64,000 bases of DNA from positions 467,710 to 531,709 of the forward strand of contig JAKAGM010000001.1 in the NCBI GenBank assembly GCA_021815445.1. The letters run 5' to 3'. Under the pieces are notes generated by a model. That model did no database searches, had not been told where the DNA came from, and saw only the letters and a list, made by a program, of their open reading frames with translations. Positions 39,048 to 49,372 of this stretch are shown here, in pieces (position 1 is the first letter of the stretch; each line of letters begins with the position of its first letter). Source of the DNA: a bacterium. GTDB taxonomy: Bacteria; Patescibacteriota; Patescibacteriia; UBA10025. The position numbers and the translations under genes were made by a program.

Positions 39048-40535
39048 TTATTTCTTGATCCGCTCTCTCAGGGCGCGGTGGGCCTCATGCAACCGTTCAA
39101 GCAATATGCCTTCGTGGACGATGTTGTGCATCCTGTTGGAGATGATAAATTGTCCGCGAATCATCAGATCCCGGATATTGTGGCCGCCGTGGGTGATCAT
39201 GTTCGACACCAATGTCGAAGGATCGTTCTCGTCGAAAGGAAGGAATCCCCTGTCCTTCAACTTCCAAAAAGCCAGGTCGGCCCGGTATCCCGGCGCTATA
39301 CGACCTACATTTTTTAGGCCGAGTATTGAGGCGCCTTGCGCGGTAATCATGTTGAACAATTCAACGTAACTGACATTCGACATTTCCTGATGCAATGTTT
39401 TGGCCTGAAGGGCCTCGGAAAGAAGGTCGAGACGGTTTTTGCTGATGACACTGTCGGTACCCAAGGCAATGCGATCTGTTGCACCGACTTTTTTAAAGAG
39501 CGGGTAATTGAATGTCCCGCTTCTATGGAGGAGATTAGACGTCGGGAGATGGACGACCCCTGCTTTACGGTCGCGGATAAGCTCTACCTCCTCACGTGTG
39601 AGATAAATACCGTGAGAAAGGATACAGTTGGGGCCGAGAAGGCCATATTTATCGAGGACCTTCACCGGAGTGTCGCCATGGAGTCGCGCGCATTGCTCAA
39701 CATAATCCTTTGTTTCCGCAGAATGCATTGTAAGGAGAACATTATATTTTTTCACAAGACGCGCCACGCGCTCTAAGACGCTCGGACTCGTCTTATAAAG
39801 GTAATGGAGAGCTACCGCGGGAGTGGAGTGATACGTTCGAGCGGCTTTGAGATATGTTTCTACCATCTCGGGAGTATTATGAGGATGCGAATTTGATGCA
39901 GCGCTTACGGCATTGATTACCTGTTGTCGTGTAATCCCGGCCGCCTCCTCTACCGGATCAAACACCCCATAGTGGGAAAGGATGGAGGTTATTCCCCAAC
40001 GTTGTTCTTCGGTAAAATCCCCGATCGCGCCAAGGACAAAATCCTCAGCTGTCATCTGCTGCTCGAGAAGGGCCATGCGTTTCAGCGAGGTGGCTAAATC
40101 ATCCTCTTCAAACGCCAAAGCGGATCGGAGAAGATACATGGGCGGATGCGCATGCGCGTTAATAAAACCGGGAGTAATTACGACTCCCCCGCGTTGTTCC
40201 GCATCATAGATGACATCGACGGTCTCTAAATTGACGCGCGACCGGTCAGAGGAATCAAAAATATCCTCAATGGTATCGCCGCGAATAAGGAGGGAGGCGC
40301 GCTCGCGAATTTCCAGCTTTCCCTGACTTCCGATAGAAATGACAAACGGACTTCCGTGGATAAGGATGGTCTCGGGTTTTTTCTTGCCATGCAACACCGA
40401 ATATCTGCTGCTGCTTTTCCGCGTAGATTTGAACTCAACGCCCCCATCGGGGTATGTGAGATTTTGGACATCGCGTAAAATCATGTTTGCGTAACTATAA
40501 AAAAAGTACCTGTAATAATATGACGGGTGAGCCAT
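39048..40535 (-). CDS. metal-dependent amidohydrolase, nucleoside/nucleobase deaminase-like (start uncertain)
   Basis: PGFINAHAH, MHSAET, SHG, GTDS, GRIAPGYRADL. Confidence 0.82.
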   Translation of the reverse strand: MAHPSYYYRYFFYSYANMILRDVQNLTYPDGGVEFKSTRKSSSRYSVLHGKKKPETILIHGSPFVISIGSQGKLEIRERASLLIRGDTIEDIFDSSDRSRVNLETVDVIYDAEQRGGVVITPGFINAHAHPPMYLLRSALAFEEDDLATSLKRMALLEQQMTAEDFVLGAIGDFTEEQRWGITSILSHYGVFDPVEEAAGITRQQVINAVSAASNSHPHNTPEMVETYLKAARTYHSTPAVALHYLYKTSPSVLERVARLVKKYNVLLTMHSAETKDYVEQCARLHGDTPVKVLDKYGLLGPNCILSHGIYLTREEVELIRDRKAGVVHLPTSNLLHRSGTFNYPLFKKVGATDRIALGTDSVISKNRLDLLSEALQAKTLHQEMSNVSYVELFNMITAQGASILGLKNVGRIAPGYRADLAFWKLKDRGFLPFDENDPSTLVSNMITHGGHNIRDLMIRGQFIISNRMHNIVHEGILLERLHEAHRALRERIKK

Positions 40536-40702
40536 ATTGTCAACCTATACCAAGCACGCGTGATCCTCAAACCAGCAAAAAATCATAGTTCGGGTCAGTT
40601 TTGGCGGGCACAAGGGCGACTTCAAAGGGGTGTTCAATATAGGTGGAAAAGTGGCCGATCCTCCGCTTGACCGCTGAAAACCCCTTGATGTACAATGGAT
40701 TA

Positions 40703-41842
40703 ATGAAAATAAAGAGTGTGACAAAGAAGCGTCCAACGGGACATGCGCGACGCCGACGCAAGGTTCGCGTCGCCATTATCGGCGTGGGCAACTGCGCGCA
40801 GTCGCTCGTAGAGTGCGTGCAATACTACCAGAACGCCGCTGAGAATGCCACGGTGCCCGGGCTCATGCACGTCAACGTCGGAGGATACCACGTGCGCGAC
40901 ATTGAGTTTTCTGCCGCGATAGATATCAATAAGACAAAAGTGGGCAAGGATCTTGCCGACGCTATACACGCGCATCCGAATAATGCGGTGAAAATTTGCA
41001 AAGTTCCCCGCACCGGCGTCATTGTTCAGCGCGGCATGACCCATGATGGGATCGGTATGTACCTTAAGGACATGGTTATTCCCGCCAAGGGAGACAGTGT
41101 CGATGTGGTCCAGCTCCTCAAAGATACTCGGACAGACGTCGTGGTGAATTACCTGCCCGTCGGATCAGAAGAAGCGACTAAATGGTACGTGGAGCAAGTC
41201 CTCGAGGCCGGCTGCGCTTTTGTCAATTGTATCCCCGTTTTTATTGCGCGGGAGAAATACTGGCAGCGCAGGTTTGCCCGAGCCGGGCTTCCTATCCTCG
41301 GCGATGATATCAAGTCCCAGGTCGGCGCCACGATACTTCACAGGACCCTGACAAACCTGTTCCTTTCCCGCGGGATGAAAATCTTGCGCACCTACCAACT
41401 CAACACGGGCGGCAACACTGATTTCCTCAATATGCTTGAGCGAGCGAGGCTGAGATCAAAAAAGATTTCGAAAACAAATTCAGTTGTTTCCCAAATCAAT
41501 AACAAAGGCCTGAGCATCAAGCCCGAAAATGTGCACATAGGCCCCTCCGACTATGTCCCGTGGCAAAAAGACAATAAAATCGCTTTTATCCGCGTTGAAG
41601 CGCTTCATATCGGCGATATTCCCATGGAACTTGAGTGTCGGCTTTCAGTCCAAGATTCACCAAACTCTGCTGGCATAGTCATCGACGCGGTACGACTCGC
41701 CAAGCTCGGTCTCGACAGGAAACTTTCCGGGGCTCTGAAAGGGCCGTCTTCATTTTTATTCAAATCACCGCCCATCCAGCCGACAGACGACGAGGCATGG
41801 CGCATGACCGACCAATTCATCAAGAAATACGGCTGGAGATAA
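40703..41842 (+). CDS. ino1: myo-inositol-1-phosphate synthase
   Basis: GVGNCA, NYLPVGS, GDDIKSQVGAT, GGNTDFLNM, DSPNSAG. Confidence 0.93.
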   Translation: MKIKSVTKKRPTGHARRRRKVRVAIIGVGNCAQSLVECVQYYQNAAENATVPGLMHVNVGGYHVRDIEFSAAIDINKTKVGKDLADAIHAHPNNAVKICKVPRTGVIVQRGMTHDGIGMYLKDMVIPAKGDSVDVVQLLKDTRTDVVVNYLPVGSEEATKWYVEQVLEAGCAFVNCIPVFIAREKYWQRRFARAGLPILGDDIKSQVGATILHRTLTNLFLSRGMKILRTYQLNTGGNTDFLNMLERARLRSKKISKTNSVVSQINNKGLSIKPENVHIGPSDYVPWQKDNKIAFIRVEALHIGDIPMELECRLSVQDSPNSAGIVIDAVRLAKLGLDRKLSGALKGPSSFLFKSPPIQPTDDEAWRMTDQFIKKYGWR

Positions 41843-41852
41843 CTATGACTTC

Positions 41853-41886
41853 AAAAAGCCCACTATGAATCAATAGCGGGCTTTTG
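41853..41886. terminator. bidirectional terminator
   Basis: AAAAGCCC..GGGCTTTT between convergent genes. Confidence 0.65.
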
Positions 41887-41909
41887 GTATAGAATATCAG
41901 AATACCGAC

Positions 41910-44900
41910 CTATAATGACGAGCTATCAGGAAGGGTACAAACGGTTTTTAAACCTACTTTTCTGCATATCGGAGTGACGCTCGCCACACAACTGCCATCA
42001 GCTGTACATGAAGTTCCCGCCAGGCAGGTAAATCCGCATTTTCGGCAGTCAGAAGTTAATTTACCGTTGTTACACACCTGCTTGGAGACATTGCATTGCC
42101 CAAAGACAGTCTGGTCAGCGCACTGAGCATAGACCCCGCTATGGCCGTTGTCATATTGATATCGTGGCCACGAAGCGTTTCGAGCTGTGCGTGGAAGATC
42201 AAAAGCGAGTATCTTAACCAACGGAGCCGGCTCGTAGCTGTTGCCATACACAACCATATCGAGGTGGCCGTCGGAGTTAATGTCTTTCAAGGCAACTTCA
42301 AGGTATGAGCCGAGATTGCCAATATATATCGGGTAACCGGCGATTTCTTTTCCCTGCGCGCTGAACGCGTGCACGGAGGAACCGTCAACTGCCACAATTT
42401 CTGGCGCCCCGTCGCCATTGACATCACCGATAACGGGGGAATGGATCCCCCAGAGTTCAAGCGGCCAGCCAGCCAGCATATGCCCCGCGGCATCCCATGC
42501 ATTCAGATGATCCCGTGAATCAGCAACTATTTCGGGAGTTCCATCTGCGTTGATATCCCCGATGGCTATGTTTCCTCCACTGAGCCCGAGGGGTACGGTG
42601 GCGATCAGTTCACCCGTATAACGATAGATAGATAACGTGTTCCATCCCGTGATAATAATTTCTAAAGCGCCGTCTCCATTGATATCTGCCAGCACAAGCC
42701 CCGTGGTATTTCTTGTATCCCCATCGGCAACAACCCAGCTTTTCTTCATTGTTCCGTCATTGCCAATAATAAAAATCTCGCGCTGATAGGTCGAACCGGT
42801 AGCATCTACCGCCACAACCTCAGGTTTACCATCGTTATCAACATCGCCCACAGCAATTGTCGTATCCAGGAGATATGCCGTGTCGGGCAGGCTCACGGGC
42901 CAGTGGGCGAGACTGCTGCCGTCTCCATGCCATGCTTCGATTTGCTTGGGGTATTTATCGACTGAAATGACCTCCGGTTTGCCGTCTAGATCCAGGTCAG
43001 CAATTACGGGTCCCTTGACGCTCGACTCAATCAATTTTGGCCATCCATTGGTAATCTCAGCCCCGGTGTAATCGACGACGTGGATACCTTTTGTACCTTC
43101 AAGTGTTCCAAAAACAATTTCTTTATAGCCATCTCCGTTGAGGTCCCCGGTGACCATTCCGTATGGGTTCCTTAACGCTTGAAACGGCTGGGCGGTGGCG
43201 GGAGTTCCGTCATCGTTCCAAACTTGAAGGTTTTGATAAGAACCGAGAATAATTTCCGCTTTTCCATCCTTATCAATATCGTCCGGATTAATGTGAGATT
43301 CTGATCTGTCGTAAAATCTGACAGGCCAACCAGCTACCAACCCAGTAAGCACCTCCCGTGAGTCAGAAACTTCTCTGCCTGCAGAGTCGATGACGGTGAG
43401 TTTAACGAAATAGTTGCCCATCAGCGCTGATGTATCCCACGTAGCCAGAACCCCTAGGGTCACGGGCGTCTGGCTTTCGGTAATGACTGTCCAGTTTGAC
43501 GGATCATTTTCCGAAGCATACGAAACTCGATATCGAGAGAAATTTTTCCCGTACGCCGAGCCTGAAATAGTTTGATTTCCCCGGGTGTAATACCCTGTCT
43601 GTGCAGGATTTTCAATGTGAGAAACAAGAGGATCGCTAACCATGAGCGCCCTGTAGGCATCTACTTTTCCGCTCCCGGTATACTTGTCCCATCCTGTACC
43701 ATACTGCACATCCCAGCTTTTGCACACACCAGCGTTAGAGGTGCATGTCTTGGTTCCCGAATCAACGTAGCATGTCGAGTCCATAGCGCACTCGTATATG
43801 TCGTATGTGCCGCACGGCGTATACCAGTAGCACGTCGGCTGGAGGGAGCACGAGCTCTTTGAAACCACCGTACCGCAGTCATATGAGGCGTGAGAGAGGT
43901 CCGTGGCGGATTCCTCCAGAGCCGCTCGCACTTGTTCGGGGGTAAACTCAGGATGCCTGGCCTTCACGAGCCCCGCAACGCCTGATACAAACGGTGACGC
44001 CATCGAGGTCCCTCGCGCCCTATAGTACCCCCCGCCCACGATGCTGAGTCCGTCACGGTACATATCCAAGCCGGAGGCCTGGAGCGACAAAATGTTCCGC
44101 GAGACAAATGGGGATCGTTCTTGGTCTCCGTTCATGGTCACTACCCCGCTGTCTCCACCGGGAGCAGTGACATCAATTTTTCCCCAATTAGAAAAAGATG
44201 ATTTCACATCCTGATGATCGAGCGCGCCCACGGTGATGACGTTCTGGAACTGCGCAGGAGCAAACGCTTGTGCGGGCGCGTTGCTGTTGCCGGCGGCTGC
44301 AACGAGAACTACGCCAAGGCTGTGTACATAAGCAACGACATCCTCTAAGAATGGGTACTCGGCGCTTGGACTGTACCCGCCCCAACTCATATTGATGATG
44401 TTCGCACCGTTGTTGGCAGCGTACACGAGGGTATCCGCCAGCTCAGAAGTGTATCCGGATCCTTGGGCATTCAGTCCCTTCACCGACATTATGGTGCAGT
44501 GAGGACAGACTCCGGCGATTCCTTTTCCATTATTAAATTCAGCGGCTATGATCCCGGCGACGTGTGTGCCATGGCCGAAGTTGTCTTTCGGATCGGGGCC
44601 AGGATTTTTGGAGACTGCACACGAATATGGTGCAAATGCGGCGCAGGTTGTGAAATCCCATCCCATGACGTCATCCACGTAGCCATTGTGGTCATCGTCG
44701 ATACCATTGCCCGCGATCTCGCCGGTATTCCGCCAGATATTATTCCGGATATCCTCGTGGGTATAATCCACTCCGGTATCAGACACAGCAATTATGACTT
44801 TATTTTTTGAGTAATCAATCGGCGCAGGACCGTCCCCATTCACTGTATTGGCCAAATATACAACATCGAGGACATCAGTAACGCCATCCCCGTTAACGTC

Positions 44901-45785
44901 AGTAACCTCCACAGGATCAGGCGCAGGAGCATTTTGAAAGGTGTATTTAATAAGGAGGTTTACGTCGTCCTGCGTGATTTTGCCGTCTTTATTCAAATCG
45001 CCCCGTTTGGCATAGATGACATCCCATGCCCGCGGGGCACTAATGGTTTTGACTGACCACTGATCGTCATACAGCTGCCCCCAACTGCCCGATGATGCAA
45101 AGTAGGGATCATTAGGAGTCAGGGTTGCAGAAAGTATGTAATTGGGCTGCGCATATTCTACGTTGCCGCTTGCCAATAACTTTTTCTGAATTTGAAAAAC
45201 ATCGATAGCACTTTGATCTCCGATATCAGAGGTGGAGAAATGCAGCGTGGTCCATCTGTTGAGGCCAACATCAGTTATCTTTTGGGATGCCCCCTGTTGG
45301 AGGGGAGTTTTTTGCAGTGCGTTCGTGGATAAAGCGTTCTTTGCACTCTGAAGGGTCACATGAAGAAGTTTCTTCTGAGAGGTTTGAGTCTGCGCGGTAG
45401 ACGGAGTTTTCTGCTGGGCATTCGGATCGACCGGCTGGACACGCATCCCTGTCGAGGGGTCTACTAGGATTTCTTGCGGTTCTGACAAAGCTCCGCTGAT
45501 AGCTTTTTGACGGTCTGCATCGGTAATACCGGCCTTAAATTTCACGAGAAGTTCGGCCGGAGTGTACTTGGATTCCTCTGCCGTCGGCAAAGCCGCAGCA
45601 GCGAGTGACAGCGCTGGTGAAGCATTAGTCGCATTTGAGCCGATACCCTGCACAAAATTCACCACCATTCCGATTCCCAGGAACGTGGCGCCCAGCATGA
45701 TGACTGCTATGTTAGCCTTAATAATCATGTCGGCTATTTTTCTGCCCTGATCTTCACCGGCGTAGTGCAACCTTATGCCATTCAT
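41910..45785 (-). CDS. membrane-anchored S8 subtilase with inserted dockerin, FG-GAP repeats and Cys-rich tail
   Basis: Triad VSDTG / GHGTHVAG / GTSMASP; GDLNKDG..DVNGDG dockerin; repeated GD[LIV]NGDG..E[IV]V. Confidence 0.92.
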   Translation of the reverse strand: MNGIRLHYAGEDQGRKIADMIIKANIAVIMLGATFLGIGMVVNFVQGIGSNATNASPALSLAAAALPTAEESKYTPAELLVKFKAGITDADRQKAISGALSEPQEILVDPSTGMRVQPVDPNAQQKTPSTAQTQTSQKKLLHVTLQSAKNALSTNALQKTPLQQGASQKITDVGLNRWTTLHFSTSDIGDQSAIDVFQIQKKLLASGNVEYAQPNYILSATLTPNDPYFASSGSWGQLYDDQWSVKTISAPRAWDVIYAKRGDLNKDGKITQDDVNLLIKYTFQNAPAPDPVEVTDVNGDGVTDVLDVVYLANTVNGDGPAPIDYSKNKVIIAVSDTGVDYTHEDIRNNIWRNTGEIAGNGIDDDHNGYVDDVMGWDFTTCAAFAPYSCAVSKNPGPDPKDNFGHGTHVAGIIAAEFNNGKGIAGVCPHCTIMSVKGLNAQGSGYTSELADTLVYAANNGANIINMSWGGYSPSAEYPFLEDVVAYVHSLGVVLVAAAGNSNAPAQAFAPAQFQNVITVGALDHQDVKSSFSNWGKIDVTAPGGDSGVVTMNGDQERSPFVSRNILSLQASGLDMYRDGLSIVGGGYYRARGTSMASPFVSGVAGLVKARHPEFTPEQVRAALEESATDLSHASYDCGTVVSKSSCSLQPTCYWYTPCGTYDIYECAMDSTCYVDSGTKTCTSNAGVCKSWDVQYGTGWDKYTGSGKVDAYRALMVSDPLVSHIENPAQTGYYTRGNQTISGSAYGKNFSRYRVSYASENDPSNWTVITESQTPVTLGVLATWDTSALMGNYFVKLTVIDSAGREVSDSREVLTGLVAGWPVRFYDRSESHINPDDIDKDGKAEIILGSYQNLQVWNDDGTPATAQPFQALRNPYGMVTGDLNGDGYKEIVFGTLEGTKGIHVVDYTGAEITNGWPKLIESSVKGPVIADLDLDGKPEVISVDKYPKQIEAWHGDGSSLAHWPVSLPDTAYLLDTTIAVGDVDNDGKPEVVAVDATGSTYQREIFIIGNDGTMKKSWVVADGDTRNTTGLVLADINGDGALEIIITGWNTLSIYRYTGELIATVPLGLSGGNIAIGDINADGTPEIVADSRDHLNAWDAAGHMLAGWPLELWGIHSPVIGDVNGDGAPEIVAVDGSSVHAFSAQGKEIAGYPIYIGNLGSYLEVALKDINSDGHLDMVVYGNSYEPAPLVKILAFDLPRTARNASWPRYQYDNGHSGVYAQCADQTVFGQCNVSKQVCNNGKLTSDCRKCGFTCLAGTSCTADGSCVASVTPICRKVGLKTVCTLPDSSSL

Positions 45786-45957
45786 AAATTTGAGATCCTT
45801 ATATTGACCCCATCTAAAAAACCATTGATGAACTGTATTTATTTACCCTCCGAAGGCATTATACCATACTCGAGGGACTTTGGCAAGCCGCCTGCTCCCT
45901 CACCGCAGCGGGAAGATTTTTTTCTAAACAAAACATTGGCCCGACAAAAACAAAAAA

Positions 45958-46428
45958 CTACTCTATCTTTTTTTGATAAATGATGTTGTCGACTTTCCAG
46001 CCTTCCTTTTCTCTCCTCATTTCCATATATCCGTTCTTCTTATAAAATTTTTGTGCTGCCACCTGCTTGGCTGATGTATTCAGCCGGATAACTGTGTATC
46101 CAAACTCCTTCGCTCTCTTTTCTAAAACATTTATGATCGCTTGTCCGTAGCCTTTTCTTTGAAAAATTGGATCCACCCGCATTCTCCTCAATTCCACGAT
46201 GTTCTCCGTCATTTTTCTCAGCCCACCCATCGCAATAATTTTATCACCTACTGTTCCTACTATAAACTCGCCTCTATTCTTTAGATAGATTCCTTCAATG
46301 TCCTCAAAATCCTTTTCCCACGCGCCTGTGTACATATACGCATCCTCATTTTTCAATGCACGGACATGAAGTTCAAAAATTTCCTTTTTGTCCGAATGTT
46401 TATATTGTCGTATGACTAATGTGTCCAT
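45958..46428 (-). CDS. GNAT acetyltransferase
   Basis: RMRVDP.FQRKGYG, AQKFYKKNGY; AT-rich relative to neighbours. Confidence 0.88.
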   Translation of the reverse strand: MDTLVIRQYKHSDKKEIFELHVRALKNEDAYMYTGAWEKDFEDIEGIYLKNRGEFIVGTVGDKIIAMGGLRKMTENIVELRRMRVDPIFQRKGYGQAIINVLEKRAKEFGYTVIRLNTSAKQVAAQKFYKKNGYMEMRREKEGWKVDNIIYQKKIE

Positions 46429-46558
46429 GGCATAAGTATATCAAAAAAGACCTCAATATCCCATGAGGGCGCTAACAAATTGATGTTTCAAACGGCCGCC
46501 TAGATGTGCGTAGCCTACGGGTTGACAATGCTGTCGAGCGGGCCGCTCCATCCCACAG

Positions 46559-46629
46559 CTCCGGGACCTGGAGTTGAACCAAGATTACCAGGGCCAGAAC
46601 CTGGCGTCCTACCATTAGACGATCCCGGA
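46559..46629 (-). tRNA. tRNA-Gln(CTG)
   Basis: TCCGGGA acceptor stem, anticodon loop TTCTGGC, GGTTCAACTCC T-arm. Confidence 0.92.
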
Positions 46630-46869
46630 GTTGTGAGATTGAACAATGAAAAGTTATTTATTAATGTGATGCGGCGTAGAGAACCTTTACCCGGCACCCG
46701 TAGTGGTGCTGGGTGGCGTCCTACTCGCCCTCGCGGAGCCTCGGCGTAAGTGAAAAAATAGACGATAGTGGCACAAGACGGCGAACCTTCACCAAGCACA
46801 CTAACAAAAACCTGCGCACTTTTCAAGGTCCCCCTGCCAAGCACTAAGAAATCTTACATCCCGTGCAAG

Positions 46870-48438
46870 CTATTCTTCCCCCACAACTTCGCCTCCGAGA
46901 GATTCAAGAAGTCCTGCAAATGCTCCGCTTTCCGGCTCAGAGGAGACGGGACCGGGGTTTGGGGCTTGTTGATCTTCCTCCACAATCGACGTAGTATATT
47001 CAAGATCCTGCGAGCTTTGTTCGCGGAAAAGCGGAAGGAGGATCGCACGGGACTTTACGCTATTCGCCTGTTCTGCGAGCAATTTGAAAGGAAATCCGAG
47101 AGTCAGCAGGGAACCGTCAAATGACACTACCTTGCCGGCTTTGAGCAGCAGATAGAGCCCCCTATGGTCTTTCCGCACGCCTTCCAGAATTTTCGGCCAC
47201 CATGCGTGTATCGCGTTAAGGGACGTGGCCGAAGCATGGGGCTTTTGGACGCGAGGCGGAGCGACGGGCGGGGATGCCGTTTTCGCCTTTTTCTTTTCTT
47301 CTGTGGCGGGAGGTACTTGCGGAGAAGCGGGTTGAGCTTGTCGCCCGCCGGACTGAATGATAGACAAGACGGCAAGTTCAAGGGGAAGCTGGGGCAGCGG
47401 GGCATCGCGTGCTTCGCTTTTCTTTTCCAGCAGCGTTTCAATGCTTGCGAGGAGGCGGTCAAGCGTATATCCCCCGGCGACCGAGCGCAGCGCGCCTATG
47501 GCATCATCATCAAGACCGCTCTGGTCGAATTCCGACAATCCGCCGCCGACATTGATCAGCACAATCTTGCGAAGGAGTTCAATGAGGTCGTCCATGAGCT
47601 CGCCCATGTGCGCTCCCTCGCTTGCCAATCTGTTTACCAGCGTCAACGCAGAAACGGTGTCACCGTTTTGAAGATATGTAATGAGCTGAATTAATGAATG
47701 CACGTCCGACCGGGGAAGGACAAGGTCGGCCTGCTCCTGGGTAATTTTCGCATCCCCAAGAGCCAGAAGCTGGGTAAGCAGCACCTCGGCATCGCGGCTT
47801 GAACCGTTCGCTCGCCGCGCAATTGTCCTCATGACATCGGGATCTACGGAAACTTTTTCTTGTTTTGCTATAACGTCCAGACGCTTCATAAGATCTTCTG
47901 TCCCAATCCTTTTGAAATCGAATCGCTGGCAGCGAGAAATGATCGTCTCTGGGACTTTATGGATCTCTGTCGTTGCGAGGATGAACATAGCGTGAGCCGG
48001 CGGCTCTTCAAGTGTTTTTAAGAGAGCATTAAAAGCGGACGTTGAAAGCATGTGCACTTCATCAATGACAAAAACCTTCATGGGCAGCCGTTGCGGGGTA
48101 AATCGGGAGTTTTCTATAATGTGTTCACGCACATGGTCGACGCCTGTATTCGACGCAGCATCAATTTCGATAATATCGAGTGATCTCCCCTCGAGTATTT
48201 CCGTGCAAAAATCGCAGGTGTTGTCCGGTTCGCCGTCTTTTATTTTCTTGCAATTAACAGCTCTGGCAAGAAGGCGTGCCGTAGTAGTTTTTCCGACGCC
48301 TCTCGGACCGGAAAAAAGATACGCATGCGCCACCTGGCCGTTTTGTATCTCATGCAGGAGAGACGTTTTGATTGTATCTTGCCCTACAAGCTTAGAAAAT
48401 GTCTTGGGCCTGTATTTGCGGTAGAGTGCTAATGACAT
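46870..48438 (-). CDS. dnaX: DNA polymerase III gamma/tau subunit
   Basis: LYRKYRP, GPRGVGKTT, EIDAAS, DEVHML, SRC. Confidence 0.96.
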   Translation of the reverse strand: MSLALYRKYRPKTFSKLVGQDTIKTSLLHEIQNGQVAHAYLFSGPRGVGKTTTARLLARAVNCKKIKDGEPDNTCDFCTEILEGRSLDIIEIDAASNTGVDHVREHIIENSRFTPQRLPMKVFVIDEVHMLSTSAFNALLKTLEEPPAHAMFILATTEIHKVPETIISRCQRFDFKRIGTEDLMKRLDVIAKQEKVSVDPDVMRTIARRANGSSRDAEVLLTQLLALGDAKITQEQADLVLPRSDVHSLIQLITYLQNGDTVSALTLVNRLASEGAHMGELMDDLIELLRKIVLINVGGGLSEFDQSGLDDDAIGALRSVAGGYTLDRLLASIETLLEKKSEARDAPLPQLPLELAVLSIIQSGGRQAQPASPQVPPATEEKKKAKTASPPVAPPRVQKPHASATSLNAIHAWWPKILEGVRKDHRGLYLLLKAGKVVSFDGSLLTLGFPFKLLAEQANSVKSRAILLPLFREQSSQDLEYTTSIVEEDQQAPNPGPVSSEPESGAFAGLLESLGGEVVGEE

Positions 48439-48564
48439 GGTTGGAAAGTTGTGTTACAAACACTGCCGTGGTTCAAGTATAGCCCTTCAACCGCCCTTTT
48501 GGCAATGCAAACCTACCCACTCCCCGAAGGAGGTGAGTTTTTTGAAGCCCGGCTGGTATTTTTT

Positions 48565-49215
48565 TCAGTTAATATCGTCGATCGCGTCGGCATCAGGAGC
48601 ACCCGCTTTATCTTCGGTAACCTCAGGTTCAGTAACTTCGCCATTCCCTTCTGGAGAAAGTGCAGCATGCGACTCGCCTACTTTGATGATATTCTCAACG
48701 GCAGCCCATATCGCCTCAGTGGCTTTGGGCACAAGAATAACTATCTCGTCTCCCGGCTGGCCCTTGAAATAAGTGATGGAGGCGAGGAGGACTTTGTAGG
48801 TTTTATTGCCCGCCAGAACTTTGAATTCACCCGTTGTTTCATCGTTAAGCAGTTTCCCCACCAGCCTGTTGCGATCGACGGGTCCGATTTGCTTATAGAC
48901 AAATGAGCCGTCTGCAGTGATAGTGAGCTTCAGCATGTCCCCTTCTACAAGCTTTGACTTGCTCGCGTAGTTCGCCGGTACGCTGTACCGTTTACCGTCG
49001 GGTCCGACCATGTGTTGGCCGTCAAAAATGCCTTCGACAATTTTGTCGTCTCCGCCGGCATTCACCGAGCCGACCTTGCGAGCTTTTTCCTGCACCTTGC
49101 TCGTGTCTTCATTGTCCACACCCATATCGCGTAAAATCTGCCTCGCAGCGTTCAGCGAGGCCTCGGCAGTTTCAAGCATCTGTTGCAGTTCGATAAGTTT
49201 ATTTTGATCCGTCAT
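48565..49215 (-). CDS. conserved hypothetical protein
   Basis: Coiled coil followed by EGIFDG...VPANYASKSKLVEGD. Confidence 0.75.
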   Translation of the reverse strand: MTDQNKLIELQQMLETAEASLNAARQILRDMGVDNEDTSKVQEKARKVGSVNAGGDDKIVEGIFDGQHMVGPDGKRYSVPANYASKSKLVEGDMLKLTITADGSFVYKQIGPVDRNRLVGKLLNDETTGEFKVLAGNKTYKVLLASITYFKGQPGDEIVILVPKATEAIWAAVENIIKVGESHAALSPEGNGEVTEPEVTEDKAGAPDADAIDDIN

Positions 49216-49372
49216 ATCTTTTGTCTTTTTTGCCTTTTTGTGTCTGAATATTGATGTTTTTTGCACCCCCGTGCTGAGGACACAAACTAGCGATGTCAGT
49301 GTAGCAGTAGTATCTATCCGCCGTCAACCCTACGCGAAAGGCGCCCCTGAATACTTCTGTGAGTTCCGGCCA

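Noticed and set aside
27416-46629. tRNA-anchored genomic island
   Set aside because: No integrase and no duplicated tRNA 3' end were found.
46669-46750. SRP RNA (ffs) near dnaX
   Set aside because: The conserved domain-IV motif was not found here or upstream of dnaX.
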